Shown here: positions 49,230 to 61,623 of the stretch, one piece after another
Numbering within the stretch: position 1 is the first letter of the stretch
How the letters are laid out: every line of letters starts with the position of its first letter
Source: Glaucostegus cemiculus
Lineage: Eukaryota
Assembly (NCBI GenBank): GCA_976551045.1
Contig: CDPCPM010000151.1
Span: 4,278,001-4,342,000, forward strand
DNA length: 64,000 nt
Reading direction: 5' to 3'
Notes under the pieces: generated by a model
What the model was told of the DNA's origin: nothing
Databases searched by the model: none
What the model saw: only the letters and a program-made list of their open reading frames with translations
Made by a program: the position numbers and the translations under genes

Positions 49230-50460
49230 AGGAATGAGGACCTCAGGGCATGTGGCAAAAACATGACCATCAGCAAAGAACCAACGACCTCTGGGTCTTC
49301 AGGGAAACCACTTCCTACCTGGAGCCCTCTGATGATGTGCACTTCCAGGCTCAGATTTTTTAAGACTGTTATCATCGAGGTATGTGACATTCTGCACCAA
49401 GACCTCAGGTTTGGCTGGACTGCTCTCTCTGTGGAGGCCAAGGCCAAGTTGACTGTCAACTTCCTAGTCACAGGATCTTTCCAAGCAGTTACAGAAAATT
49501 TCTGAAAAGTGTCCCAATTTGTGGCTCAAGGCTGTATCAGAGAGGTGACCCAGGCACAGTAGTTGTGAAGAAATGGTTCCATCTACTTTCGTTTCTTACA
49601 GGAACAAGTGGAAACCTGGGCACTGGGATCTGCCAAACTGCTGGTTGCCATGAGTGCTGGCTGCCATTGGCTGCTCTCATGTGCCCATAGGTGCTCCTCA
49701 TGATAACCAGCACCCTTTAACATCAGGAGAGTTTTCCACTTCCTTGATGTACAGGTGGTGGTGGATCACAAGAATCCCCTCATGGTTAAATAAAAACAGA
49801 CAATGCTGCAAACGCTCAGCGGGTCAAGCAGCATCTGTGGAGGGAGAAGCAGAGTTGATATTTCAGGTTGATGATCTTACACCAGAACTGGGAAATTTTA
49901 CAAATAAAACAACCTTCACTTTTGTGTTTTCCACCCCTCCCCTTCTCTGCAACTTAAAACTTATTTAATTTCTAACTTTCCTTAGTTCTGATGGAGGTTC
50001 ATCAACCTGAAATATTAACTCCTGTTCTTTCTTGCTGCCTGACCTGCTGAGTGTCTCCAGCATTTTTTGCTTTTATTTCAGGTTTCCAACACTTGCAAAG
50101 CTTTCTTTTCCCAAAGGTCAATATCAGATTTCTGATCTGCACATGTGACTCACTCATCCTGCAGGAATTTCACTGTGGGACAGTTTTAATGGCCAACACT
50201 GTCTGAAGGGAAGGGCACTGGGGTATGAGAGCAAAGCTCTCCCTACTTCCCTGGCTCCTCACACACTCTCCAAACACAGCAGCTGAGAGAGAATGAAAGT
50301 ACCAGGACTGCAGTGGGAACTGCCATTGGTCTCCTCAATGTGAGATGTTGCCTACATCAGCCTTTGAATTCACTGCAGAAATGTCCAACAGATGCAGAGA
50401 CGTTGTAATTGGGTGCTGTATAACCCAGCAAACCATAAACAGCAGCCCATGCCAGAGGAA
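49230..50460 (+). pseudogene. Decayed PIF/Harbinger DDE transposase (HARBI1-like), split by a PLE hairpin
   Basis: RLRFFKTVIIEVCDILHQDL..TALSVEAK..NFLVTGSFQ, VSQFV..GCIREVTQA, VLAAIGCSHV (GAIDCTHV), FHFLDVQVVVDH, then a decayed DSLIL segment. Stops and frameshifts present. Confidence 0.8.
49787..50105. mobile_element. Penelope-derived inverted-repeat element
   Basis: aaataaaaacagacaatgctgcaaacgctcagcgggtcaagcagc and gctgcctgacctgctgagtgtctccagcattttttgcttttattt. Hammerhead-like CTGATGG-AGGTT..AACCT-GAAA at 49988-50012. Confidence 0.8.
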
Positions 50461-51984
50461 GAGCAACAAGGAGACTGATCCTGAGGACCATGAGGCAGAG
50501 CCTAGAGAGAACAAGAGTGAAAGGAGCAAAAGGAACAGGAACACTACCGGTGACTGTCTCTGCTCAGCATCCACAACCTCATCTCCCAGTCAAGCAGAGG
50601 AGGCAGGCGTTTGCTGTACAGGTTATAGGAACTCCCTAACAGAGAAATTATTTTCATTAGGAGTGTGGAAAATAAAACTCCCCATGCAAAAATAAGTGGC
50701 CCTCTCCAATTAAGTGCAGAATACCAACACAGTATGTTTTCTGCAGAGGGCCTTAGCACAAATCAGACACATATTTCAGCACACCAAAGACAGGTACAAT
50801 CCAAGTTCTTGTCATATGACTTAACTGAGCCTGTGTATTTCTGATCAATCATTTGATTGCACCTTCCTCTGGCTTGTTACTCATTCATGCAACCACAATT
50901 GGATATTTATTTGTAGAGTAGTTTGAAGTTTAGGTAAAAAGGGTACAAAGACTCTTGACATCAGCTTAGCAACTGGGATCTGCCATAAAGCTAGGGAAAT
51001 TAGATGAATACAGTGTCAACTCTTTAGCTTAATGATCTCCAGAGGCCGTTGTTGCTCTGGTGATATATTAATGGTATCAGACAGGTAAACACTGGGATTC
51101 CATTCCCAAACAGGCCTGAGGCACATTATCTGAGCAGCAATCTGATTGAATTCTTACAAATATCCTCACTTTGAAATTCTGTGAAGGAGGTTAATTATAA
51201 GAATAATGGCAAAAGAACATAAGATCATTCAGGAACAGGAAATGATACATCAAACAGACCTATCCTTTTCGATTGATCTCAGCACCACCCCTTCTGCCTG
51301 ATACCATATTCCTCAATTCTTTTTTCCCTGCAGATTGCTTTTTTGAATCTTTTGCTTCAATATTTTTCCCTGACAGTCTTGCAGAACAAGTTATCAGTTA
51401 GAGGAACTGACACCGTTGGCTGGTATGATAACCCATTCTGCTGCAAGAAGGCTTCAGTGTATTAAACGCCACAGCTACACCAAGCTGACTGCTTCTCAGC
51501 TGCCAATATGACACCCTGTACTGCAAGGGGAATAGAGGCACAAATGCAATATTTCTTTTCTTTTTAGAAAGAAAATAAATAATTTGGAAAAATAAAGAAA
51601 AAAATTCGCCACCAATGGAAAATGCCTGACCAATACAAGAGTCAGAATGCTTCCTTAACAACCACATTAAAACAAGGGGAGGCATCCCATTTGATTCTGT
51701 ATTGTAATCTGCTACATGAAGAGCAATTAAACTCCGATTATAAAAGCTGCTTCCTTAACAACAATTGAACGTTATCTTGAAGGGACAATGTTACATCTCA
51801 CCAGTGGAATAATACATTGTGCTAGGCATGATATAACATTCCTGCCGTTATAAAACATCATATCATCTGATTTATGCAGGTGGGAGGACTGTTAAATCTC
51901 TCCTTGATTCCCAGATGCATAAATGCAAATCATTTATGGCAAGCATCAAGAGGACCATTATCCTTAAAGGGGTTTAGAGAGTGA

Positions 51985-54350
51985 GGGAATCAGAGGGAAA
52001 TGTGTTCCAGAAAGGTATGTGGGATCTGCTCCTGCTGGAGTGGATGGGGGTGGATCTCATGGAGAAGCTCGAAGGGGTAAAGGTCCTGAAAGTCTTGTTC
52101 TTGACCCTGGGAGAGAGAGATTATCATGAAAGTCTTGTCCTCCATGATAATCTCTCTCTCCCAGGGTCTACTGCATGGAGCAAGATGAGATATGGTCATA
52201 AATTTTCTTTCAAAAAATTCAAAGGTGGTTCAGTAATATCTGTGCTATATGTCCACAGATAGCACAGACTTCTAGAATTCCCTGTCCACTATCTTGGAGG
52301 TTTTAGATGACAACAAGCAGGAGAGTCTTCGATCACCCATTAACTTCAGATGAGCTGGCAAGATCTATGATTTCCTTTGAGATGAATCAAACACCTGGAA
52401 GTGTTGCTTTGCTGTATAAGTTTTACTTGGCTCTGTGGGATTGGATTGTCCAGACTTAATGGATGTGTACAGCACTAGGCTTCTAGCTGGCTGCCTGTCA
52501 GAATCCATGAGGAAGGGCATCATCACCTTCAATTGCCAGCAGGAGAAGGTGAGGGAAGGGAACAAAAGTTCATGACCCACCTCACTGCCTGATTCTGTCC
52601 AAGGTCATTGCCAATCGAGTCAAGTCTACTCTCAAATTGGTGATTAATTTAAGCTGACCTGCACTGAACCCCCATAGGGAGAGCTTTGAAAGCCTTGCAC
52701 TGCTTAGGAATATGATCACTTAGATGCAGGACAGACTGGTGGGCATTTCCTTAATCAGGCTGAACCAGGATAAGATCTTAGACCATGATGGACGTGCTCC
52801 CCAACATGGAGTTTGGGGAGGGAATCTGCAACTGGATACAACTGCTCTGCACAGCCCTCAGTAACACAGTCCAAAATAATGGAGTTAGAAAGGTCACCCT
52901 GTCTCTTCTGTCTTGTTTGTATGTTGCATTAAGTATTTTGCTGATTCCATCAGCAAGGACACAGGCATAAGAAAATCATGATCCCAGGCAGCAGGGAAAC
53001 ACAGATCAAAGCCTCTCTGTGCATGGACAACCTCAGCTTCTGCACAGGCCCACTGTTAGTCCACAAATTGATCAACCTCTGTGACCAGAGTCCATTACAG
53101 CAAAGGTCCATCTCTGGCAAATGATTAGACTGATCCTTCACTATTAAGTCCAATCTGCTGAGCGTCTGGCACTGAGGAGCGGGGATATGCAATAGGAAAT
53201 GGGTGGAGCGAGACAAAGTGAAACAGAAACTGGGATTTAGGAGTGGCACGTCCTCTTGACTGAGGGCAAGAACCCAGTCATCAGGTGCACAATGTTCTCA
53301 ATGTTGCTGTATGTGGTGTAGGTGTGACACAAACGCTACTCCTGCGATGCAGCAGTCACTTAAATCCAGAAACAGAAAATGAATTAACTTACTTGTGCAT
53401 CAGATGGTGTGTAGAAATTGGGTACACAAATGCCAGATGTTGCTATGTGCTCAGTTTTTGGGTGTTCCTGTTGTTGTGAAGGATGGCTCCGGACATCTTG
53501 GCAGGGAACATTTCCATGGGAACATTTTCATTTAGTTGGGCTGTGCTGGCCCACCTCTTCCTCAGAGAAAAGTATGTGCAGGTAAACACCGTTACCCACA
53601 TGTTAATTGTCCTTGAGGCACTGTGAGGGAGATAATGGAGCCTATTGGCTGGCTCCCCAAGCAGATCATTTTTTGACAGAATGCCTAATCACCACAACTT
53701 TCAAACAAGTACCAAGGCCTTGCTCAGATGGTAGTGAGCAGGGCCATCCCCATCATATCCTTCATGCGCAGTTGGGGTGTCAGCACCATTGCATGTTACC
53801 ATTGCGTGTGGCTCTGGTGTGGATGAGACGTCATCTATTATCTTCTGGAATGTGCTTTTGGCAAGAAGGTCAGGAATAGAAATGGTTTTTGAGAGGTTCA
53901 ACTCAAACAGTTGTGTAACACAGTGATCTACAGGCTGTTCCCAGGGATGTGCATGTCAATTGCTGCTGGAAGATTATCATCTCAGTGAAAGACACCGTCT
54001 GGTCTGCCTGAAGCTTGCTGGTCTTCCAGTGCTGTCCGTTACTGATTGCTGCAGGTTGCTGCATTTCAAGGTCCGCGATTACTTGTTGAGGGTGGAACTT
54101 TAGCCATCACAGAAACGCCGAGGAAAAGTCACATTCTAATGCCTTCCGCCATTGCACAATGTGGGGCGGCAACCTAAGTCAATGCCCCGTGTGTTTATTG
54201 CTCATGGAAGAAAAATTGATATTGTGTTGACGGATTGTAAATCTTGTACCTAAGGTGAAGTTTGTTTCTTGTTTTATGAAGTGCAACGTTTGAATATACT
54301 GTAGTAAATATTTACAAATGTTATGAATAACATGGAGTTTTGAAAAAAAA
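51985..54350 (+). mobile_element. L1-Tx1 clade LINE, decayed ORF2 to poly(A)
   Basis: EQDE...FSFKK, MMDVLPNMEFGEGICNWIQLL, IKASLCMDN (YMDD), GLFPG and CCWKIIISVKDTVWSA; ends gaaaaaaaa at ~54341-54350. Confidence 0.8.
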
Positions 54351-54371
54351 TAGATTGACTTACCATAAGCA

Positions 54372-54448
54372 GCACACACACACACATACACAGATGTGTG
54401 CGCACACGTGTATGCACCCATACACACATGCATGCATACACACATCAC
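54372..54448. repeat. Degenerate (CA)n/RY-alternating microsatellite
   Basis: gcacacacacacacatacacagatgtgtgcgcacacgtgtatgcacccatacacacatgcatgcatacacacatcac. Confidence 0.85.
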
Positions 54449-54809
54449 AGTATTATCCAGTGTAGTTTTTATCCTTGGTATGTTGCTTGTGTTAGATAGC
54501 TTTACATATCAGTTTAAGAAACAGTAAATCATGCAAATACATTCTAACTCAGTTATCTCAGTGACAATAAGCCTCTCATTGACTTCAGATGGTTCAGAAG
54601 CTGTTAATTTATGGGAAAAAAACTCACATCTTCAAATGAGCATTGCATATCTGCATACTTAGAAAATATGAATCCATCTTTATCCAGAGCCAGTTTACAG
54701 ATTTGAAACACTCCATTTATGCCAAATCAGAAAGGCACAATCTGGATGCTGTTGGTGGAGTGATTGACATCTTTTCTACCTCTCAGTCTATCCATCAGTA
54801 TTGAGGACC

Positions 54810-56260
54810 CCAAACTTCCACTCTGTTTTGTGGGTTCTGAGGGGACTGATGAAGCCAATGTGGAACCACAGACACTTTCACAGACAGGGTAGGGAATGGC
54901 CAAGGGCGGGGGGGGGGGGGGGGGAGTCTACTTTGTGATATGTTGGACTCCTTCTGCCATTGTGCTGAGCTTCTGTTTTCCCAATGTAAGGCCTTGATGT
55001 TCTTAATACCATCCAAATTGCTCCTTTTCCAGTTCAGTCATAGGCCAGAGATTCCCAGGAGTCAGTGGGGATGTTACATTTTTTCGAGGATTCTTTGAAC
55101 ACATCTTTGAATCTTTGCCTCTTTCAGAATGGAAATCTCATCCCATGACAGAGCTTGGGATAGAGTGTCCATTGCAGTAATCTCCTGTCAAGCATACAAA
55201 CTACATGGCCTGCCCAACGTAGCCAAATAAGAGTAACCATAAAGTTGATCCAGGTTTGAGGCCTAGATCTTCAAACAACCTTTTCCTCAAATGACCAAAG
55301 GCTTTGTTGGCACATTAGAGTTGGTAAATTTATTACTGAAGTGAGAGATGTTATCCAAGAAATAGAAAGTGATCCACATTTTCCAAGATCTCACATGAGT
55401 ATAGTTCATCAACGGAAAGGACCTGCCAACAGCCCAGCTCCAGGAGACTGGGAACAGTGATGTCTCTGAGGGCAAGGATCACAACTGTGCACAGACCATG
55501 AGTTTTTGAGTTGGGTCTGAAGTCTTAATCTTTAAATATCCTATTTTTCTCAATTGACAAACGGATGTGCTGGTGCTTTGATGAATTTCATGTTCACCAA
55601 GAGGTGACTCCCGAGAGATGGGAAGTGGTCCACATTTTCTGAGGTCCAACTAGTAACCTTTATTGTCAGAGAGCAGCGTTGAACAGCAGGGACAGGTTGG
55701 TAGAGGACCTTTGTCTAGCAGGTGCTGAGTGACTGGCTCATCTTCTCATGTTTCAGTGAATGAATCAATGAGACTTGGAGCTGGTTCAAGGGTGCACAAA
55801 TGAAGCATCATCAACATATTACCGGTTGGGTACTGAGGTGTGGGCAACCTTAGTTCTGGAGTTCAATCAGCATAGGTTGAACAGTTTCCAATTAGTTGTG
55901 AAGATTAGCTCCATTCTTGTTGGATGTTTGCAGAAGGAAAGGGGCAACACTGAGGTGCAAAATATTCAGAAAAGTGTTGGGCTAATAACTGGGCTTTACT
56001 TGACATTTGTCTTCACTGAAATTGGTGCTGTTGTAGATCATTGGTTAGGATCATAGCTTGCATGCCATCAAGAAGCAAGTGCAAGATGGAGATGAATTTT
56101 TGTAGGCAGGCAAGCTTCAGTCCCTCCCAAGTCAAAGTCGTTGGCAAGGTTTCTCTGCTGTCTGCCACAGGGTAAGTTATCGCCAGGGTCTTTCCCCACT
56201 GCCTCCTAGCAATGGGCAAAGAACTGCTCCCCAAATCACGATCTGGATATGATCTTCACC
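54810..56260 (-). mobile_element. RTE LINE 3' half, decayed
   Basis: Antisense LRWAGHVVCM, FKDVFKES, ENVDHFPSL and DFDLGGT (AFD region) motifs. Confidence 0.78.
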
Positions 56261-57609
56261 ATGTAACAACTCCAAGGAAGGTGCAGAGAACAGCACCAGC
56301 CACATGGCTTACATTATGTAACACATCACACAACATATGATGTCAGTTTTCTACTACTCTCTGATTCTATGTAGCTCAGTAGAAAATTTTTCCGGGAAAG
56401 AACAGGGATGCAAGACTAATTGACAGCTCATTCAAGGGCTGGTGAAAGCAGAATGAGCCAAGAGGTTTTCTTCTGATGTACGCATCTATGATTCAGTATT
56501 TATAAAGGCCAATTGCTCAAATTTACCAGGATTGTCACTACAGATCCAGTGCTTGATATTTATTTGTAAAGTGATCTGACGCAAAGCTGCCACTTCAGGT
56601 GTTAGTTTAAACCAAAGGAACAAAACTTGTGTGGAATGGTCAAAGGACATCTAATCAGCCACAAGTTCAAGTGTTCCATATCTAAATCAAAGTCAAGAGA
56701 GGAATTGTTTATCCTGAAAGCTTTAGAGACAAAGGCAGGTTTGAATATAAAACTGCCCAAACAAAGGGAGTTTTTGTTGCCACAGATAAACTCAGGCCTA
56801 ACACTTATCACTCCATCAGTGATGGGCCTCTCTGCTGACTGAAAGCCAGGCAGCAGGTGACAATTGTTAACCCCCACTCTGCCCCGGCCACAATCAGAGC
56901 TCACTAACAAAAGAATGCAGCCTTTAGTAATTAAGGGATTAGCCTGAATCATGAAGGATTGCCACCACATGCCCGCAGCAAGAAAGCACAGCCTCATCCA
57001 AAGCCTGCAGCTAACAGTACGGAGCAAGCAGTTTTAACAAGTTTACACACATATACTTATTCTATTTAGTATCCCCTCATTGTAGCAAATAGGCATTCAA
57101 CAATTTTTAAATGACATGTAATTATCTAGATAAGGATCTCGGTACCGCGGAGGATTGGAAGTAACAGGACCAGGTCAGCCTGCGGTTAATAAATACACTG
57201 GAAACCATTAATAATCCATCCTATTAAAACTAATCAGGAAACATCAAGGCAATCTCATGTACCGAATAATGGGGATAGAGTAAGCTGAGGATTCTGAATT
57301 GTAAAAACTTAGGCTGCTGAGTGTAAAATATGAACCTGGAGTAGTTGTTGCAATTTCCCTTTGTACTAAGGTGGGAATGCTAAAAAAGAACTGTAGAATA
57401 AGTTAATGGTGCTCGGAAAAAATGTTGATGCTGAAATGCATAGGAACAGTCAAGCTTGGGTATCCTGTTACTCATTCTAACAATAGTTCTCATTTTCCCC
57501 CATTCATTTTTTTTTCCAGATTGCTCAGAGTTGTTCTTCAGCTACCAATATTTCATCTTATTGGTCAAAAGCAATTTTTTTTAATGGTGTCACTAGAATA
57601 TGGAAGTGG

Positions 57610-58030
57610 CACAAAATGCTTCACAGGAGCATTACCAAACAAAAGTTAACATAACTTACCTATGAGGAGAAATGAGAGATAGAATTTAAGGAGAGTCTTG
57701 AAGAAAGAGGGCTGGAGGGGCAGAGAGAATTAGACAGGAAATTCCATAGAACATAGAAGACTACAGCATAGTACAGGCCCTTCGGCCCATAATGTTGTGC
57801 TGACATTTTATCCTGCTCTAAGATATATCTAACCCTTCCCTCCCACATAGCCCCCTATTTTTCTATCATTTACTTGTCTACCTAAGAGTTACTTAAATGT
57901 CCCTAATGTATCTGCCCCCACAACCTCTGCGGGCAGTAGCTTGGGCTTTGACAGCTGAACGCATGGCTGCTAATAGTGATGCACATTGAGCCAGAATTTT
58001 AGCAGTAGAGATAACTCAGAGCATTATAAG
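57610..58030 (-). mobile_element. L2 3' end split by a CR1 tail (57745-57937, -)
   Basis: gcttcacaggagcattaccaaac..tttaaggagagtcttgaag..ggaaattcca [insert catagaacatagaagactacagc...] agcttgggctttgacagctg. Confidence 0.7.
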
Positions 58031-58049
58031 GCTGTAGGAGGGTACCAAG

Positions 58050-58492
58050 ATTAGAAAGGTTGCTTGGGAACAATGGATTGCCTTATGAGGAGCAATTGAG
58101 CAGATTGTACCTCCACTCATTGGAGTCTGGAAGAATGAGAGGTACAGTATATTGAAACATAATATCCTGAGAGGGCCTGACAGGGTAGATGCTAATGGGA
58201 TCATGAGGGAACCTTGAAAGAGGGGAAACAGTTTCACAACAAGGGATCACTCACTAAAAATAGAAATAAGAATTTTCTTCTTTCTGAGGGTTGTGAATCT
58301 TTGGAATTCTCTACCCCTGGGTCATTGAATATGTTCTACATAGAGGTAAATATATTTTTGAACTATGGAAAAGTTCAAAGGTTATGCACATGAAAGTGTC
58401 AAGGCCAAGATCAGATCAGTCATGATTTTACTGAATGCCAGTACATGTTCAAGGGACCAAGTGGCCTACTCCTACTCCTGTTTCCTATGTTT
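58050..58492 (+). mobile_element. CR1 3' end, old
   Basis: GLPYEEQLSRL.LHSLE.GRMRG and RVVNLWNSLP; tail tggcctactcctactcctgtttcctatg. Confidence 0.8.
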
Positions 58493-58925
58493 GTATATTC
58501 TTAAAGCCATGGAGGAATTTAAAATCGATAGGAATTTTAACATTGAGGTATTGCTTGACTAGGAGTCAATGTGCAGGGTTGGTAGATGAGCAGGACTTGG
58601 TGTGAGTAAAGTCATGGTCAGTAGAGAATCAGTTTTATTGTCACACAGAGGTCACACAGGGTGGAAGATGGGGGACATATTCCATCTCCCACCCTGTGAA
58701 AGCCGGAACAGCTTGTCTTCCTGCACCTGCACCATCCCCTCTCGTATCCCAACAACCTATCCTGCTCCTCATCATACACTGGCCCTCAGCTCATCTGCTG
58801 CCAAAATCAATATCCATGCTCTCATTACCAGCAGACCTGGCTATTGCAACATACACATGGTCAGCCTCGCTCATTCAACCCTCAGCAAACTTAAGGCCAT
58901 CCAGAACTCTCCTGACTGTGTCCTT

Positions 58926-59056
58926 TTAAATTTTAAAAAAAATTTTAATTATTTTTTTTAATTTTTTATTTACAGTGTGGTAACAGGCCCTTTCGTCCCT
59001 CTGAGTCCACACTGCTCATTTTAAACCCCCAAATTAACCTACCCATACATCTTTCA
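58926..59056 (-). mobile_element. V-SINE 3' tail fragment
   Basis: tatttacagtgtggtaacaggccctttcg...taacctacccatacatcttt; very similar to 14124-14212. Confidence 0.85.
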
Positions 59057-59444
59057 GAACCAAGTTACGTCTAACTTGCACCACACCGTTGTATTTACCC
59101 CATTTCACTGTGTTTGTTGACTTACTCTGTCTCCTGGTTAAGCCATGCTTGGAGTTTAAAATACTCATCCATGTTTTCAAATTCCTCCATGGTCTTGCTC
59201 CACCCCTTTCCCCTGCCCCCACCTCTCTGTCTCTGTGCTTGTTTCTCTCTCGCTCTCTCTCCCTCTAATGTCTCCCAACCCTACAACCCTCTGAGATAGC
59301 GACGTATCTCCACTTATGGTCTCTTGATCTACTTTCAATGTAAGCACTTCATCCTCTGTAGGCAAATGTTCAGCTGCTAATGTCCAAAACACTGCACTTT
59401 CTTCCCTTAGCTTCTCTATTTCTCTTTTTTATTAAGACCCTTTA

Positions 59445-59698
59445 TAGCGTAGTGGATAGCGCGACGCTGTTACAGCGCCAGCGATCGGGGTTCGATTCCC
59501 GTCGCTGACTGTAAGGAGTTTGTAGGTTCTCCTGTGTCTGTGTGGGTTTCCTCTGGGTGCTCCGGTTTCCTCCCACATTCTAAAAGATGTACGGGTAGGT
59601 TAATTTGCAGGTTTAAAATGGGCGGCACGGACTCGGGCTGAAAAGGCCTGTTACCACGCTGTAAATAAAATTTAATTTAAAAAGTTTAATTTAAAAAA
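59445..59698 (+). mobile_element. V-SINE with CR1-like tail
   Basis: gcgtagtggatagcgcgacgctgttacagcgccagcgatcggggttcgattcc (B box GTTCGATTC), V-domain, tail aaggcctgttaccacgctgtaaataaaa. Confidence 0.9.
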
Positions 59699-59874
59699 CT
59701 GCTCCTTTTGATCAAGCTTTTGATCAGCTGCTCTGTGTCTATGTCTTAGAGTCACAATTTGTTTGATAGAAGCATATTGAAATGTTTTGCCTCTTTAAAG
59801 GTGTTCTATGAATAAAGTCATTGTATTATACAATCTACTAAGTCCCTCCAGCCCACTGTTTCCATTGTCCACAT

Positions 59875-60455
59875 TGAATGACTGGTTGCATCTTGGCCTG
59901 GTATGGCAATTCCAATGCACAGGAACACAAGAGACTGCAGAGAATAGTGGACACAGCCCGGTCTACGATGGGCACAGCCCTCCCCACCATTGACAGCATC
60001 TACAGGAGGCACTGCCTCAAGAAGAAAGCATCTATCATCAATCATCCCCACCAGCTGGGTCATGCCCTCTTCTCCCTGCTACCATCAGGCAGGAGGTACA
60101 GAAACATGCAGTCCCACACCACCAGGTTCAGGAGATGCTACTTTCCTGCGACCATCACAGCCTTGAACCAATTTGCACAACCCTAATCCTACCTCAGCAA
60201 CAGAACACTCAGGACCATCCCTTGCAATACCATGAACTTGTCTCTGATTGCGTCTTTCTTTGCACTAATGTCTTGCTTTTGTGCAGTCTTTTTTTCCCCT
60301 ATCTTCATGACCTTGTGTAACTTATGTATAATTTATATTCTGTGTGTTGTCTGTAGTTACATGACTTCGATGCTGCTACAAGCAAGTTTTTCATTGTACC
60401 TGCACTTCACTGTACTAGTGCACATGACAATACACTCGATTTGACCTAAGTTGAC
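59875..60455 (+). mobile_element. Rex1/Babar 3' portion
   Basis: ORF 59878..60186 reads TGCILAWYGN...KRLQRIV.TA...HALFSLLPSGRRYR...TTRFRRCYFP. Confidence 0.9.
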
Positions 60456-60639
60456 ATCTGTAACTGAATTCTTCAAAGTTAAAAATTTATCATGTTCAGA
60501 TTTCTTTGTGATTTCTGCTGCCCTGCATTTTTTTGAAACTTCCATCCCAGATTCAAAGTCATCTCGTGCATCCACTCTCACCCTTGCTATTTTCTCTACC
60601 ACATTTGACACACACAGAGCTACACCCAGCCTGGGTTGG

Positions 60640-61240
60640 CTCTGCAAAATCCTAATATCTGGTGAGCTCAACCAAAACGCGGACGTGTAGCTCAAAGACA
60701 AGTCAATCATGACATAGAAACATACCTTGCAGGCAATGTTGCAGCCTTCTCCATCACCATTCCTGGGAATATTCCATATCACCAGTGGACAGACATGTTG
60801 GAAGTGGCAGCACTGTGATATAGCCTCAGGAGGAAGTAGCCATGGTACTCGTCAACATTGACTGTGGATCCTATGAAATCACACGGCACCAGGTCAAACA
60901 TGGGAAAGACAATCTCCTGTTGATTACCAATCATTACATCTCAGCTGATGTATCAATCTTGCTGCATATTGAACACAGAGAGGAACAGAAGCACAGTTTA
61001 TATGCTAGCTGGGGGATTTCAATGAACAAGACTGGTCTGCTACCAAAACTACCTCCAGAGTTGCCTGAGTCCTGAGGGATGTAGCTGCCAAAATGATCCT
61101 CTGGAAACGTGAGACAGGTATATTTGTCCTTGGCCTCATCAATCTACTTACTACAAATGCACCTTCCCTTTATAATATTGGTAGTAGTATCCATGATGCA
61201 ATTCTATATGAGACAAGGTCCCATCTTTGCACTGATACCA
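60640..61240 (+). mobile_element. Apurinic-like endonuclease fragment of a non-LTR retrotransposon (clade uncertain), old
   Basis: T*KHTL/ETYL, SITIPG, GSGSTVI, VLVNIDCGSYEITRHQVKHGKDNLLLIT and IGSSIH motifs. Confidence 0.65.
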
Positions 61241-61430
61241 TCTTTTGTTGTGATGCCTCGGCCTCAGGCAACTTACTGCAGAGGTACTGTTACAGGAAGG
61301 GTCTGAGGCTTTGACAGAAGGCAAATCTGGTCATGGAGATTCACCTCCTGTCAAAGCTGGGAGGCTTTTTTTTCCCATGGCTTATGGATGTCTATGATAT
61401 TCAAAGCCACTTAAAAACTAATCAAATTGG

Positions 61431-61623
61431 AGTAACATACACAAAATGCTGGAAGAACTCAGTAGGTCAGGCAGCATATATGGAGGGAAATAAACAGCTG
61501 ACATTTCAGGTTGAGACCCTTCATCAGGTCTCCCTCCATAGGTGCTGCCTGACCTGCTGAGTTCCTCCAAGATTTTGTGCGTGTTGCTCCAGATTCCAGC
61601 ATCTGCAGAATCTCTTGTGTCTG
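61431..61623. mobile_element. Short Penelope-derived hairpin element with 7-bp TSD
   Basis: Arms gctggaagaactcagtaggtcaggcagca and tgctgcctgacctgctgagttcctcca; aaattgg at 61424-61430 and 61624-61630. Confidence 0.85.
61500..61527 (-). ncRNA. Minimal hammerhead ribozyme motif (PLE type), probably decayed
   Basis: Minus strand reads CTGATGA-A-GGGT-ctca-ACCT-GAAA-TGTC; differences from CCC-GAAACGTC are CpG-type. Confidence 0.55.

Larger units (their letters stand above)
58760..59825 (+). mobile_element. L2 3' portion carrying two V-SINE insertions
   Basis: IHALITSRPGYCN..VSLAHSTLSKLKAIQNS, FKILIHVFKFLHGLAP; terminus tttaaaggtgttctatgaataaagtcattgt. Confidence 0.8.

Noticed and set aside
56602-57027. 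141-aa minus-strand ORF
   Set aside because: No recognisable protein, non-ATG start and no clear exon boundaries.
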